The position numbers and the translations under genes were made by a program. A stretch of 64,000 nt of DNA from Macrostomum lignano (lineage: Eukaryota). The stretch spans positions 186,001 to 250,000 of the forward strand of contig NIVC01000169.1 in assembly GCA_002269645.1 (NCBI GenBank). Reading direction: 5' to 3'. Positions 23,590-37,494 of this stretch are shown piece after piece; the stretch's first letter is position 1; each line of letters starts with the position of its first letter. A model generated the notes under the pieces. That model was not told the origin of the DNA. It searched no databases and worked only from the letters and a program-made list of their open reading frames with translations.

Positions 23590-25045
23590 TATATATGTAA
23601 CCATACGGACAGACTTGTGGCAATAAGTCTCTAAAAAATGCGAATTCCCTTTTGACTACTGGTCTAGTCAAATGCACTCGTGTAACGGGTGTCCCAAAAA
23701 GGGCAACTTTTGTAACTCACTCCTGTCCAGCACTTTTTACGCCATCAGGCAACGCTGCATACGAAACTAAAACATCTGTAAATGATCTGTCAAACATCGC
23801 ACTCGATTCAAGCACTGAGTACAGGAGCTGTAGCCCTAGAAAATAGGCAGCTTTGCACTCGGGCGAATGCAGACCATGGACAGCATCTTCCGGATCGGAT
23901 TTGCGTCAGGGGCCGACACTGTCTCTCTTCTAAAGCAACTTCCGCCATTTGTCTCGGGCTAAAGCTCCTGATACCAGATTGAGCTACAGTTGTTTTGTTT
24001 CGGCATGTCGCGTAGCCTAGAGATCACGGCCTAAGAGCGCCGTTGATTCATTGGTGCACCGCTGGTGTGGAGCCAATTTTATAATATTGAAATCTCAAGG
24101 CCAGTTCGCATTGTCGCTAATAGCTCTGATTGGTCACAGATTGCTTGAATAAATTATTTCGTATAAAATGGGTCTGAATCAACTGAACATGGATTTCAGC
24201 CGGCCTTTAAAGGCTTGTTCACATCGGTTGCAGTCGGCGGTTCATAACCAATGCGAACGGGCAGTGAGAGATGCATTGTCACCTTGAGTGAGTTATCGAG
24301 CTGTTTATTGTACAATATGTGATGGTTGCTTATCAGTTGTCATATTTCAGTAAATTTAAGTAGAGCTTGAGCCATTTTGAGTAGAAACTCATTAAGGCTG
24401 CTCGAAACTACCCCATAATACGAGTGTATTAAAAAACGAGGCTCGAAATATTTTTAGCAGTGTAAGAACTTCGGGCGAATTTCAAATCCAGGACGCTACC
24501 CCTCGGCCAAGAACTCAGCCTCCGACGAGCAAAGAACGAAGTTAGCTTATACATATCGTCATTGAAGAAATGTGTTCAGAAACTACAGTGCTTATGATTC
24601 TTTAGACGCCTTCAACCATTCAGTTTCTCATCGTGCCGACCTCTTTCGGCAAATCTTTATTTATGCGCGGTGCGGCAGGAAGACAACTTTAATTGAAAAG
24701 ACAAAAAGAAGAAGGAAACTGTAAAGTGCAGCTCCATGGTAACCATGGGGGTGGGGTTGCATGCCAAACTACTCGAACATTGCCTAATAAGATTTGCAAA
24801 TTAATAATTTACATGTAAATTCTAAATCTGCTCGTTTCTTGGAAATAATGGCAATCGGACATCCAAAGGCGGTGAAAATTGTTAGAGCTAGGGTACGCAC
24901 TAACTACGTCTTCGAATAAAGGAATTCGTTAGCCAAATTAAAGTACAGAAGAGCCGACTGACACAACCGAATGCCCCAGCGTCGAAGCAAATTTTCTCAG
25001 GAGCCCTCGCGACCTCAGAAGCGCCTGTCAAAGCCGGCGCTGACT

Positions 25046-28000
25046 TCAAAACACGGCTGGCTGAACCTCGTACCGACCGGTCGGGCGAAAATTTCTGAGC
25101 AGCAGAACCAGCGGGTGGATCAGGGACACGCAGATGAGGCCGGCCAGGATGCAGTTAATCTGCAGGGGATTGACAGCTTCTTTTGTGCGGCCAAGTGGGT
25201 TTTTGATTAACAATAAAACATCTTTTGAGCCCTGAGCTCACAGTATCCGGGTTTTGAGAGTCCTGCAACCAGCCTGTGAGCGGCACCGTCAGGAATGCGA
25301 ACGCCGCGGCTATGCAGACGATGCCTGAGTTCACAATGCCAAAGTTCTCCAGTTTGAAGCTGTGTAACCGGGTTGGGGACCGGATTTTATGAGCTTTGAA
25401 AGTTAGGAAATATAAAAGCTGACAGACAAACCGCCAGACAAAGACCACCATGCACTCTGACATACCAGCACAGTTGTCTGGAACTCACACAGAAATGCAG
25501 TAGTTGCCGAGCGTAGAGTAAACGAAGGTCCTGAACACTGAGAACACAACAAATGTAGGGATAAGACTGTCTGTGCTATTCTGCAGCATCATCAAACAGC
25601 TGATCGCTCCAAACAGAGCCGTAAGACTCAACGTAGTCACCATATTAAGTTTGTAAGACCGGTGGTCGTTGTGACGCACTAAAATGTTTACGAGGATGAA
25701 ATGTCGATGATGTCAACGTATGGTTTTGCAAAGTTACTGCAATGCTTCTGATGTGCTTTTGAGCCGTTTTTTTCTTAAATCGATTACACACACACATATA
25801 CCTTCCTACCGACAAACCATTTTTAGTATATTTTGATCTAATTGGTAACAGAACCATCCTCACGTGTCGGTATGAACCGCTTCTGCAGGTCCAGCAGCAA
25901 ACCGGGAAGCAGCGAGACCAGCGGACTTGTCAGAAAAAATAGCCAAACACGGTAACGTAATGCTCGACCAGATTCTTGTCTCCATTGGTGACCAAGTCCA
26001 CATAGTCGTTCAAAGAGCCGAAGAAATAGCTTAGCCGCAGGCTGTTGCAGATCATCCACAGGACCATGAGGAAGAAGTCTGTTGTCAGAAGGAACTGTAT
26101 GGCTGAGCAGCGGGCCTTCTTTGTCTGATTATGAAAATATATAAAAAGACTAGGTGAGCTGCAGAATGTAGGTACGCAAAAATCATGTATCATGTGCAGT
26201 AGCATTCAAAAAATATTTTTTTAAGTATTGATTGGATTGTTCCAGGATTAAATTTCTAACAGCTTGAAAAAAACAGTCCATAGAATGGAAGATCTCGTTC
26301 AGTAGGGCGAATCGTACATGTAGCTCGTAAAAGCGCAGATGGTACCAACCTTGCTGGCTTGGGAGGCCTCAGACGATTCCATTATCGAGTTGCAACCAGG
26401 CGAACTAGACAAACTGGGCTTCTGTTTCTGGGTCGCCGGGCCCGAGTCCACCTGGAGCCGGTTGTACTTTCCCGGGTAGAGGGCGACAGTCAGGCTGATT
26501 GTGATGTGTTCCTTATTACCCGACTTTTGATAATCAAGGAACAATCACTTCTAGCTCAACAGCTAGGCAACCCAGTTAGTCAAACGAAGGTATTCAATTA
26601 CCTTTAATCCGGATTAGAATTTCTTGAGTAGTTCTCGCTAGGAACTCGTCAGTAGATCTCGTGTAGATCTAGTCACTGTCTTGGATCCGCTTCTCTGGTT
26701 CTGATTCTTCTTTTGCTTCCAACGAAATTACTTCCGGCCGGTATCTGCAGTCAGGACCAATCAGAGGCCTCGTATCAACAATGGGTACCCTGCGCCGAAC
26801 AGCGGTTTGAATTAAGCCTCCTCTTCTAGCAGTGCCTTTATGCACTCTAGGTATGGCTCCGGAAACCACTGATAGTCCTTTAAGATCTATCAGGGGCAGT
26901 CCTTCTGGAGACTGCAACCAATGGAGTCTAAACAGACTCAAGAGTCTCAACAGACCCAAATAGACTCAAGTCTCAATAGACTTGAGCGAGACGTTTCTAA
27001 CACAACAGGCGCAAATAAGGAAGGCTTACCGCAACAACTCGACGAGTCTTCTGTAGGAAGTCCTGTAGTGGCTTCCTTTTCGGAGCTCTTCTCCTTCCGG
27101 AGGAATTGTGGCTCTGGGTCCGTTCCGGACCACTTGTATTTATAGGCGTTCAGACCTCTCTCGAGGTCGTACATCACTGTCTTCGCAAATGTCAAAGGGT
27201 CACGATTCGGTGGCTGTCAAGCATGACAGGGTAGAAAGTTGCGCAACTAGTCTACGGTAAAAGCGCATGATTGGTTACCGTAGCTGGTAGACTTTGATTG
27301 GTTCATCCGGGTGCAACCCGAGTGCAAACCAAATGATGACTTGAAGATGGGGTTTGAATTGACAGTTGTTGGTCGCACGTGATTGGGTGATTTCTAAAAT
27401 TAGCATGCTCGAGGTCTCTCTCTTCCTATTGGTTAGTCCGAATATACTTATAGTTCAAAGCATACCTTTATTCATGCTCTTCAATTTACTACTAAATAAA
27501 ATGTGTGAGTAGTACATTAACACTTTTATGTCTTCTTACGGGAGGTAGAACATTCTACAATTGTGAGCACGCCGATACCTGTGTACACTCCGAATGCGAT
27601 GAAGCTGTTGACATTGCCTCGAGATATTTGCTGAATGAGAGGTTGAAGATAATGGGGTGTCTACTAGCGTCTAATAGCGTATATAAGTGCACCCGAAATG
27701 ATTAATGCTTGGTACTCACAACGAGCGCTGACATCACCATAATGCAGGCGTCGAACAGGCCGCTAATTATTGAAGCAACCACGAACGGAAATTTCACCAT
27801 GGCGGCAAGGTGCAAGTTGGACATAAAGATCTGAATACCGGAGATTCCCAGTACGATTGTGCCAGGAAAGATCAGCCAGTCGGCCCCTATTTGTTAAATG
27901 AATGTTTTAACTGCCATAGACGAAGAGGATCAGAAAGACCAAGTAAACTTATTCTTACGAAGTATTTGTTGGGCACTCTAAGCTCATAGAGTCGTAGAGT

Positions 28001-28544
28001 GTGAGCACACAAGTTTTACAGCTGATATTATCTGTGAGAACCACAGAACTTACAAGTGTACCACAGAACTGCGTACAAGCTCCGTCAAGTATTTGACTGG
28101 GAACATCAAATATGAGTAATTGCTGGTGTATTGGGGAAAGCACGCTGACTCAACTCTCTCACCCGGCTGCACCAGCGTGAAGCAGAGGCTTCCCAGTCCG
28201 AACAGCGCCGCAGCGACAGTCTTCACCACTCGGAAGCCCCAACGGTCCAGGATGAACCCGGATGCGACATTACCGAACGGCGTCACCACCTGGGTGATGG
28301 TGAACGCCAGAGTGATATGATCGCGCGCTGCAGAACAGCTAGCGGTGGTATTGGCGCCAGCTGTGACATTGGGTGCGCACAGGTGGCCGTAGACACCGCG
28401 GTCATTGAGCACGGGAACCAGAGAGACCACGCCATAGAATAGACCGGAGAAGAGCAGAGTCTCCAGCATGGCGAGACCGATGGTGACGGCGATGCGCAGG
28501 TCGGAAGGCGCTGCCAGAGGCGGCTTCTTCTCGCTGTCAGACAT
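25046..28544 (-). pseudogene. SLC43-family transporter, paralogue 3, probably inactivated
   Basis: Exons 28544-28163, 27886-27720, 27630-26350 (split by a 1.06-kb insert), 26124-25864 (261 nt against 262; a T7 run reduced to T6 at ~25934 gives a frameshift), 25678-25489, 25359-25242 and 25159-25046. The homopolymer frameshift alone could be a sequencing error; the insert cannot. Confidence 0.8.
26502..27559 (-). mobile_element. Solo-LTR-like insertion (~1058 bp) inside exon 3 of SLC43 paralogue 3
   Basis: TG...CA ends with ATTG duplicated at 26498-26501 and 27560-27563 (a 7-bp ATTGTGA reading is also possible). Removing it restores the coding sequence. Minus-strand CTATAAATA at ~27140 and ATTAAA at ~26605. 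No transposase-like ORF. Confidence 0.75.
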
Positions 28545-31108
28545 GCTTATGGACTTAGAAAATACAATTTCACCTATTTAGTTGGTCCTTTAGACAAGCA
28601 TAATGTACCTCTGCACCTTTTCAGCTTCATTTTATAGCAGAATAATAGGAAAGAGACACGAGGGTATGCATTCTCCGTTCATGCGTGACTACAGTACATG
28701 TATTGATAGTAGTAGTTTGCTTAACCAAAGCTCCATTCCAGGTTGGCTAAATTAGTTAGTTAAGCACCGTGCATGCATTTGGTTAAAGATTCGCGTCACT
28801 GAAAAATCTGTTGCTCTGCTTTCCGGGTGAAAGCTATAGCTGGTCTGGCCGTCCTGATATGCTGGCTAAAGTTTTGGCATGACCTGGCTTGAAACAGGAT
28901 CATAGGTACGCATGCGTGCTCACATCTGACATGTACACGCAGCCATCGACTAAATCATGCGCTTACAAATTATTGGTAAAACTATTTAATATATGCATAT
29001 GTTACGTGTACGGTAACTGCTTTAAAACACAATAGTTACAAGCTAATGTATTATCTGTTGATTTTTTCAATAAGTGCTTACTTCGGAGAAGGCTTGACGG
29101 TTCAATTATTGTTTGATTTTGTAATAACCTGAAATCTGTTCCTCAGGCTAAATCTATAAAAACTCATTGTAGTACTGTAAGTACTGTCGTCTTGTCATGA
29201 TGAGAGCTTTTTAAAGGCAATTAGCACGCTACATTCATGTGTGCATACAATTGTAGAGCGTATTGATATGCTCGGCCTTCTTTTAAGGGATCAGCAGAGG
29301 CTTGTCGGGTCTCAAAACATAGAAATTACTTAATGCTCTGACCACCCATCCCTGTCAAATGATCAGCCGCAAAGGTAGCATATGATGTGTTTACGAGAGC
29401 AGCTGGGTACATGGTGAAGAGCGGACACCGAGGGATAAACACAGAGAATTTGAAAGGCAGAATCAGTCAGCTAATCCGGATCTAACCCCAACGCCACCAA
29501 CCCGTGCAAATACCAAACCAGCTCTCTCGAAATCGAATGAAATTTCTATAATAGAATGAAATTTTTAAGAAGCCTGAAGAGAAAAATTAATAGGGAATAG
29601 GGAATAAGAAGAGAAGATAGGAGAGAGAGAAGTAAAGAATAGAGAAGATAGTAGACGAGAAAAAAAGGAATAAAATGCCATCGCTACTTGTAGGAGTAAG
29701 TTTAGTGCAGCAGGGGAAGTAGCTCATGTGCCGTCACATCAGTGCTGAAAGTCCGTCCTCGCAAAAGCAATTAAAGCTTTTTGTTCATGTATTATGATGC
29801 ATTTCTCGCAGTTTAACTGACTTTACAGCATTTTAAATTGTGTAATTTATTCCTCATTTTGTATGTGGTATCTGCAGAAGAATTTTGAAACAAGATAAAA
29901 GTAAAAATCATTGTCCTATATCATGGCAGAGGGCCGCGCGCAGCTTAAAATATTAAAATATAAAATATAAAATATAAATTTAGCATCTTCAAACAGTTGA
30001 TTAAACATTATTTCCATTCAAACAAAAACTGTCTAATCTGTCACGAATACATAAGCAAAAATCTTTAGCACTTTTTGCTATGTAAGAAAAGATGCTTGAA
30101 AACCTTCGTAAGAATTGAAACAATTAGTTTACGTCAGAGTCATCCTAAATTTTAGAAATTTTAATTTACCTATTATCGCCACATTTTCGACCATGTTTTG
30201 TGACAAATCGCGAGTGTGACGTCTATGCGTCTATTTAATATTTGCGTAAAAATACAGTCTTACGGGCTAAGGCTGAATCTTAGATAGAAAGCTGTATCAT
30301 ATTTATGCGTAAATAGGAAACAGAAGCATGATTCAAATTGTAGTAAACATATGCCTTAAATTTTCTTGATAATTTTTTTGTGGTAATTTACCTTCTTTAT
30401 ACTCGTATCTGTCCAACTTATTTATTTTTGTATTTCTTTTCGTTAAGGTAAAAACAAGACATGTGCCTCCTATTACATACCGCTTTAGAATGTAGCTTGA
30501 GATTGAGACTTAGAATTAGCATCTAACATTTTGTTCTTTAGTTTAGAAAGGCTATTTGTTGTAATTCTTTTTGACACGATATATTTAAATTCACTTCAGT
30601 TTTTCATCTGAAGAACAATATACAAAGTCTTTGTCCTTTGTCTTTTAAAAAATGTATAGGTCTACTTTATCTTTCTGGACGATTTACTTATAACTGCCAT
30701 AAGTTTTTACATAAAAATATACATGGTAATATTATTAAATGTTTTGTTATTTTTTTAATTTCCCTTCTCTATTAATTTGATTTTAATTTGTATTGTAATT
30801 AGGGAATGATAACTAGTAGAAAAGAATGGTATATATTTGTTTGAAAGTTATTACAACTTTAATTATAGTTGCATATTGTTAATAGCAAAGTTATTTCATT
30901 CTTTTTAAATAAAATTTCCAAAGATAGGTAAAATAGTGCAGTCTTTTATTTCTGATAGTTACTAATAAACATATTTCTCTTCATATAAGCTCTGTATATG
31001 ATAAAAATTTGTTAAAATCATCTGTTATTATATTTTCAGTCGTATTTTCTAAGCTAGAGTGAAAAGCCAGAGGATATTATCTCAGGAATCTAGCTATAGC
31101 GCGGACTC

Positions 31109-34100
31109 ATGATCTCAATTGCGACAGCAGCAGCAACGGGCGTGGACTCATCCGCCGCTGTCATTGATGACCTCAACGACGTCGTTCCTCTGGCCGACGC
31201 CGATGCCAATGACGACGAGGACGAGGACGAAGACGAGGACGATTGCGGAGGAGGCGGCGACGGTGCCATTGAGCTGTGCGTGCCGGACGCTGAGCACCCC
31301 AGCCTGGTCTGGTGCGGCCAGCGCAGGAAACGGCCGATTCTCGTCTTTCTGCCGCACGCAGTTGAACGCCGAAATCCGCAGGTTCGCTGCATCGGCGAGA
31401 AATACCATCTGGCATTTAAGATTGTCCGAACTGAGTGCAAACTGCTCAAAACCATCCTACTCGCGCACGGGTTCCACGAGACCCACCCTAACAGTCTAGA
31501 CTTCAACCTGGTGTGGACTGGCGGCCACCTGAAGCCCTACAGCCTGCGCGGCATGACCGAATTCCAGAAAATCAATCACTTCCCGCGCTCTTACGAGCTG
31601 ACTAGGAAGGACCGCCTGTTCAAAAATGTGCAGCGCATGCAACAGCTGATGGGCGCCCGTCACTTTGACTTTGTGCCGTCGAGTTTCATTCTGCCAGCCG
31701 AGTACCAGGACCTCTGCAGCTATCACCACGCAGAGAAGGGGCCCTTCATCGTCAAGCCGATCGCCAGCAGCCGCGGCCGGGGCATCTTCATCGTGAACAA
31801 CCCGGAGCAGATCGTGCTGGACGAACAGCTCGTCGCCTGCAAGTACATCGCGAACCCGCTCCTAGTTGATGGATTCAAATTCGATCTGAGAATTTACGTA
31901 GCAGTGACCTCGTATGACCCGCTGATGATCTACGTGTACGAGGAGGGCCTGGCCAGATTCGCCACCGTCCGCTACCAGGCGGACGGCAGGCAGCTGCGCA
32001 ACCAGTGCATGCACCTCACCAACTACAGCGTCAACAAGCGCAACCGCGACTTTGTGCAAAACGACGACGCGGAAGTTGAAGACTACGGCAACAAGTGGTC
32101 GCTGGGTGCGCTGCTCCGCTACCTGCGCTCGGAGGGCCACGACACGGCCGCTCTGATGATGCGAATCGAAGACGTCGTCATCAAGTCCATCCTCAGCGTA
32201 GAGTCCGCCGTCTCGGCAGCCTGCAGGATGTTCCAGCCTCACAGGGGGAACTGCTTCGAACTGTACGGCTTCGACATCATTCTGGATGAAGCGCTGCGGC
32301 CCTGGCTGCTCGAGGTCAACCTCAGCCCGTCTCTGGCCTGCGACTCGCCGTTGGACTTCAAAATCAAGTGCAACATGCTCAGCGACCTGCTGTCCTTGGT
32401 GGGATTCGTCTGCCAAGATCCCATGCTGCGAGTGCTGCACGCTCCGGGCGGGGGCGCCGGGGCAAGGTGAGCTTCAGCAGATGCGCACTCATACACACGC
32501 TCACACAGCGTGTACACAGCGGTTCTTACTTTCTCTGTGTGGTTAGCTGGGGGGGGGGGTCAGCCCTCATAAGCAAGAGTCGGACAACTTCGAGCGCAAG
32601 CCCCAAATTAGCGTGACGGAATCAAACTCAGGGTAAGAGTCAGACGTGTCACCACTGAGCTGCTCGGCTCCAGAAATGGGAGAATCGAAAGTAAACAGTC
32701 AACTCACTTGTTAGTGAAAAAGCATGTACGATAACTGGGCGCAACTTTTGATATCATCTGGCCGTTTCCACGGGTAATGCACATGCGCAAGTCGCTATTG
32801 GCTGAGAGCGGTCACGTGACAACTCGTCGCCAACGGGGGGACATGGGGGACATGTCCCCCCCCCCAGTAAAAGATCTGAGGGGGACATGCCAATGCTTTG
32901 TCCCCCCCCCACCCCACCTTGTGACCCGTTATGGAAATCAATAATTTTGCAGCTGGGCGACAAAACATAGCGCCTGCGGCGCTAAAACGAGCATGCCTGC
33001 GGCGCCAAAATGAGTGCCTGCGGCGCCAAAATGAGTGCCTGCGGCGCCAAAATGAGTGTCTGCGGTGCTAAAATGAGTGTCTGCGGTGCTAAAATGAGTG
33101 TCTGCGGCGCTAAAATGAGTGTCTGCGGTGCTAAAATGAGTGCCTGCGGCGCTAAAATGAGTACCTGTGGCGCCAAAATGAGTGCCCGCGGCGCCAAAAT
33201 GAGTGCCTGCGGCGCCAAAATGAGTGCTGACAACACCGATTTTGAAAATAATGCAAAAGTAGGAAGTTAGTCATGTCATGTACGTGTATAATTGTTGGCT
33301 TTGTCCCCCCCCCACCAAAAAATCAATGGCGACGCCCCTGTGACAACTGTCTTGTACAGTAGCCGACTGACGTGCGTTTGTTGCTAATAGAAACGGCTGG
33401 GTGACTTCTAAAGTTGAGCATAAAATTAAATGTCTTACAGACCATTTAAAACCCATTTTAGTAAAGTAGTCCTTGCGGGTGCAGACATTATAACTATAAT
33501 AGCGGAGTGCTATAGATATAGATAGAAGTGGTTTGTAGCCTAGTGGTTAGAGAGTCGGAATCACGACTGAAAGGTCGAGGGTTCGATTCTCGACACACTC
33601 AGAACAAGTTGTATCCTTGAGCAAGACACTTAACTCTGCATTGCTTCAGTTCACCCAGCTGTAAAATGTGCGCCAGCATTAGCTGGGGTAATTGAGGCAG
33701 TTGTAATCAAATTATTAATCATTATTATAGATATCGAGCTTTCACTTATACAAAACAACTGTTGAATTCACTGTAGAGCGGGCAGTGCAGGCAGCAGCAG
33801 CAGGCCGGGTTCCGCTAGCTCCGTTCGCTCCGCTGGCTCTGCTGGCGGCGGCGGCGGGCAGCCCAGCCTGGACGAGCAGCGAATGCTGCGCATCGCCCGG
33901 GAGGAATTCCGTAGACGCGGCGGCTGGCTGCGCGTGTTCCCCAGCCAGCACAGCTGGGACACTTACTCTGCATTCCTGCAGCAGAGCCCGCAGCAGGGCC
34001 AGGCCAATGCAGCGCTGCACCGGATGCTCTATCCAAAGCGCTGGCCGACCCAGGTGAAGCCTTCAACTCTTTTTATAACTGTCTGTCATTCGCGTGTTTG

Positions 34101-36991
34101 TCATGCACCTCTCACACTGTCTCTGCGTAACCTGTTAATTTACCCATGCATGTATCTATCGCAGTGCCGCCTGTCACTCTCCCCATATCTATTGCAGTGC
34201 CGCCTGTCACTCTCCCCATATCTATCGCAGTGCCGCCTGTCACTCTCCCCATATCTATTGCAGTGCCGCCTGTCACTCTCCCCATATCTATCACAGTGCC
34301 GCCTGTCACTCTCCCCATATCTATTGCAGTGCCGCCTGTCACTCTCCCCATATCTATCGCAGTGCCGCCTGTCACTCTCCCCATATCTATCGCAGTGCCG
34401 CCTGTCACTCTCCCCATATCTATCGCAGTGCCGCCTGTCACTCTCCCCATATCTATCGCACTCACGCCTGTCACTCTCCCCATATCTATCGCACTCCCGT
34501 CTGTCACTCGACAATGGGTATCGCGCTGTGTCACTCACAGCGAATAGTTATATCAATCGAATTTTGCACCTCCCGCACTCCTCCCGCAGGCTTCCCAGGC
34601 GCAGTCGCGCGCCGGCTCCGCCTCGGCGTCGACTGTGCCGGCCGGCAAGCTCTCCCTGCACAGCATCTCGTCGGCTTCTCTGGCCGGGGCGCTGCGGACG
34701 GCGGCCGGGCTGGCAAGCCGGCAGTACGGCCGAATCCGCGCGGCCTATCGAACAGCGCTGCGCCGCGTTCGCCGCTACGAGAGCCGCCTCACCCGTGACG
34801 AGGCGCCGGTCATTGTCAACGCGGCCCCGGCGCCGCCAGCTTTGAGACCCTCTCGCCAGAGGACAACGACAACGACGGCGACGACGACAGAGGCGCCGGC
34901 GGTAGAGTCATCGGTGGAGGCGCTTCCGCCGCGGCCACCCGCGTCGACAGCAGCGACGGCGACCAGCGCCAACGCCAGATCGCGACCGCCGAGACCGAAG
35001 TCGTCGGTGAGGCAGCCGACGGACCCGACCTCCCAGCAGCAGCAGCAGCACCCTGCATCTTCAGGGGCGACGCCAGCCGCGCCGCCAGTCGACCCGGAGT
35101 CGGTGGTGTCCCGCGGCGGCGGCATGTCGCCGCTGCAGGCTCGCCAAGCATTCGCCGCCTACTTGGCTCGGATTCGCCGGCGACTGCTGGCCGATCAGGT
35201 GAGAGGCGGCATTGATGGCTTTTTTAGCGTCTGCTGGCTGCTGGATAGAACTTCTACGGGATAGATTATTCCTGTTTGATCCGGCGGCTGTCTAATGGCC
35301 TGTGCTGTCTAATGACCTAATGACCCTGTGCTGTCTAATGACCTAATGAGCCTGTGCTGTCTAATGACCTAATGAGCCTGTGCTGTCTAATGACCTAATG
35401 ACCCTGTGCTGTCTAATGACCTAATGAGCCTGTGCTGTCTAATGGCCTGTGCTGTCTAATGACCTGTGCTGTCTAATGACCTAATGACCCTGTGCTGTCT
35501 AATGACCTAATAAGCCTGTGCTGTCTAATGACCTAATAACCCTGTGCTGTCTAATGACCTAATGAGCCTGTGCTGTCTAATGGCCTGTGCTGTCTAATGA
35601 CCTAATAAGCCTGTGCTGTCTAATGGCCTGTGCTGTCTAATGACCTAATGAGCCTGTGCTGTCTAATGGCCTGTGCTGTCTAATGACCTAATGAGCCTGT
35701 GCTGTCTAATGGCCTGTGCTGTCTAATGACCTAATGACCCTGTGTTGTCTAATGACCTAATGACCCTGTGCTGTCTAATGACCTAATGACCCTGTGTTGT
35801 CTAATGACCTAATGACCCTGTGCTGTCTAATGACCTAATGACCCTGTGCTGTCTAATGACCTAATGAGCCTGTGCTGTCTAATGACCTAATGAGCCTGTG
35901 CTGTCTAATGACCTAATGAGCCTGTGCTGTCTAATGACCTAATTAGCCTGTGCTGTCTAATGATCTAGTAAAACTGTGCCAAAGCAGTCCAAAACGCATC
36001 CTCAATCGAACTCCCCCACACATAGGCGGTACTGGCACACGAGACCCTCTCGCCAGAGGACGAGCGGCTGGCCAACGACCAGCTGGACCTGGTGCTCCGC
36101 TTTCTCCGCCGGGCGGACGCGGAAGGCGCCGGCAAGGCATCCGGCCTGCCAAGCCGGCGGCTCAGCCTGGCGCAGCGCCAGTCGGTGCTGGCCGGCCTGC
36201 TTGCCGATTTTGTTCGCCGCTACGCCAGGGAGACGGAGACGATGCGACAGCGCGGCGAGGACGGTAGCGGCGGTCTGCCAGCCGGCGAGTTCGCCGTCTT
36301 CGTCCGCACAGCCGAGGAGGCCCAACTCGAGGCGCTGCTCACGGCCTACACCAGAGCCAACCGCAGCGCCGGCGTCTTCATCCGAGCCTCGCCAGCGTCC
36401 TCGACCACCGCCGCCGGGCCGCCGCCCACCCGGCTGATCTCGGCGTCAGCGTCGTCAGCCGCCTCTTCGACAGGCAATTCGTCCGGCCCGTCGCCGATGT
36501 CGCTGGGCGGCGTCGGCCATCCTCGCCGGCGTCCCATCAGCGCCAGCGGCGGCCGCCAGACGCAGCCTTCAACTGGCGCGGCCCAGCCCGGTGTCAACGG
36601 AGCCAATGGCGGCGGCGGCGGCAATTTGAAGTCGCTGACCACCTACGACGAGGCGGCGTTGAACGCCGCCCTGCAGCGGCTGGCCGTCCGCCAGCAGAGC
36701 CGCCAATACGCCGCCTACCGGGTCGACGCCCTGCTGAGCCGGCCGGTCAGCGCCGACCCGTCCGCTGCCGCCGCCTCGACCAGCCTGAGCGACCACTATG
36801 GGCCGCAGCTGCAGGCCGGCGGCGGCTCGCGCCTCTCCGCCGCCGCCACCAAGACCGACCTGGTGGCGCAGATCCGGCAGAGCCGCGCCCTGCTGGAGGC
36901 CAGCCGCGCGAAGCACAGCGCCGCTCTGGCCGCCACCTCCGGCGTTGTGCTGCCGGCGCCGGTGCCTTCGCCGCTGCCGCCGTCCAGTTGA
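31109..36991 (+). CDS. TTLL5: Tubulin polyglutamylase TTLL5 orthologue, 1069 aa
   Basis: Exons 31109-32466, 33777-34053, 34590-35198 and 36026-36991 total 3210 nt in frame. TTL domain closely follows human TTLL5 (IGEKYHLAFKIVRT, NHFPRSYELTRKDRL, IVKPIASSRGRG, YEEGLARFATVRY, EDYGNKWS, LEVNLSPSLACD, GFVCQDP). TTLL5-specific RRGGWLRVFP and QLDLVLRFLRRA motifs occur in later exons. Confidence 0.93.
32825..33340. mobile_element. hAT-like non-autonomous element (MITE) in TTLL5 intron 1
   Basis: 8-bp TGACAACT at 32817-32824 and 33341-33348. Right end tggcgacgcccctg; left end cgtcgcca is the same TIR missing the outer cagggg. Contains G/C-run subterminal motifs and an internal 21-bp array. Confidence 0.65.
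32990..33228. repeat. 21-bp tandem repeat gcctgcggcgccaaaatgagt, ~11 units
   Basis: Read directly. Confidence 0.95.
33526..33730 (+). mobile_element. SINE family A, internally deleted copy in TTLL5 intron 1
   Basis: Same head and CORE domain; jumps from gtaattgagg directly to the tail. Confidence 0.85.
34150..34510. repeat. 33-bp tandem repeat (atctatcgcagtgccgcctgtcactctccccat) in TTLL5 intron 2
   Basis: Read directly, ~11 units. Confidence 0.95.
35290..35962. repeat. 26/17-bp composite tandem repeat (gtgctgtctaatgacctaatgagcct) in TTLL5 intron 3
   Basis: Read directly. Confidence 0.95.
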
Positions 36992-37494
36992 GCTGAGCTG
37001 AGCTGAATCTCTGCTTCAATCGCCATTCACTCACGTTTGCTGCTCAAGGGGGAGAATTGGCGCAAGCGGAATCTTTCGTCAAATTCAAATTCGCACCAAA
37101 ATGGGGAGGGCGCATTGTTGAACAATATTTGAACACTTTTATAAACATTCTGGAATAGCATCGCCCAGCTGTGAGGTGGGTACTAACCGCGGCTAATTTT
37201 GCTTAACTGTCTTCGACCCTGGGATTTAAAACTAGTTCAGTTTTATTGATACATTTATTAAGTGTGAAAATTGATGAATTCGAGGTTCTTAAGTACCCAT
37301 TGGACTCGCCTACATTGAGCTGGTGTGTCATATTCTGCTCAACTTTTTATGCTAATAATTTTGCTTATTATATTGTGAGAATTTCCGCTTTAGTCATTCT
37401 GTCTGTAGGACAGCCGCTATTGCGTAGATAAGACAGTAGCAGCTTGTGGTTGAGGTCACTGGATCTGGCAGTTAGCAGAGCACCATCTGAGCTC

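Noticed and set aside
33883-34845. 320-aa ORF reading from TTLL5 exon 2 through intron 2
   Set aside because: Open only because the 33-bp repeat is stop-free. The intron is 536 bp, so retention shifts the frame; the spliced model restores TTLL5 homology.
31090-36916. Antisense and alternative-frame ORFs over GC-rich exons (TTLL5; likewise SABATH, Rho, ceramidase, Gypsy)
   Set aside because: Shadow ORFs caused by high GC3 codon usage.
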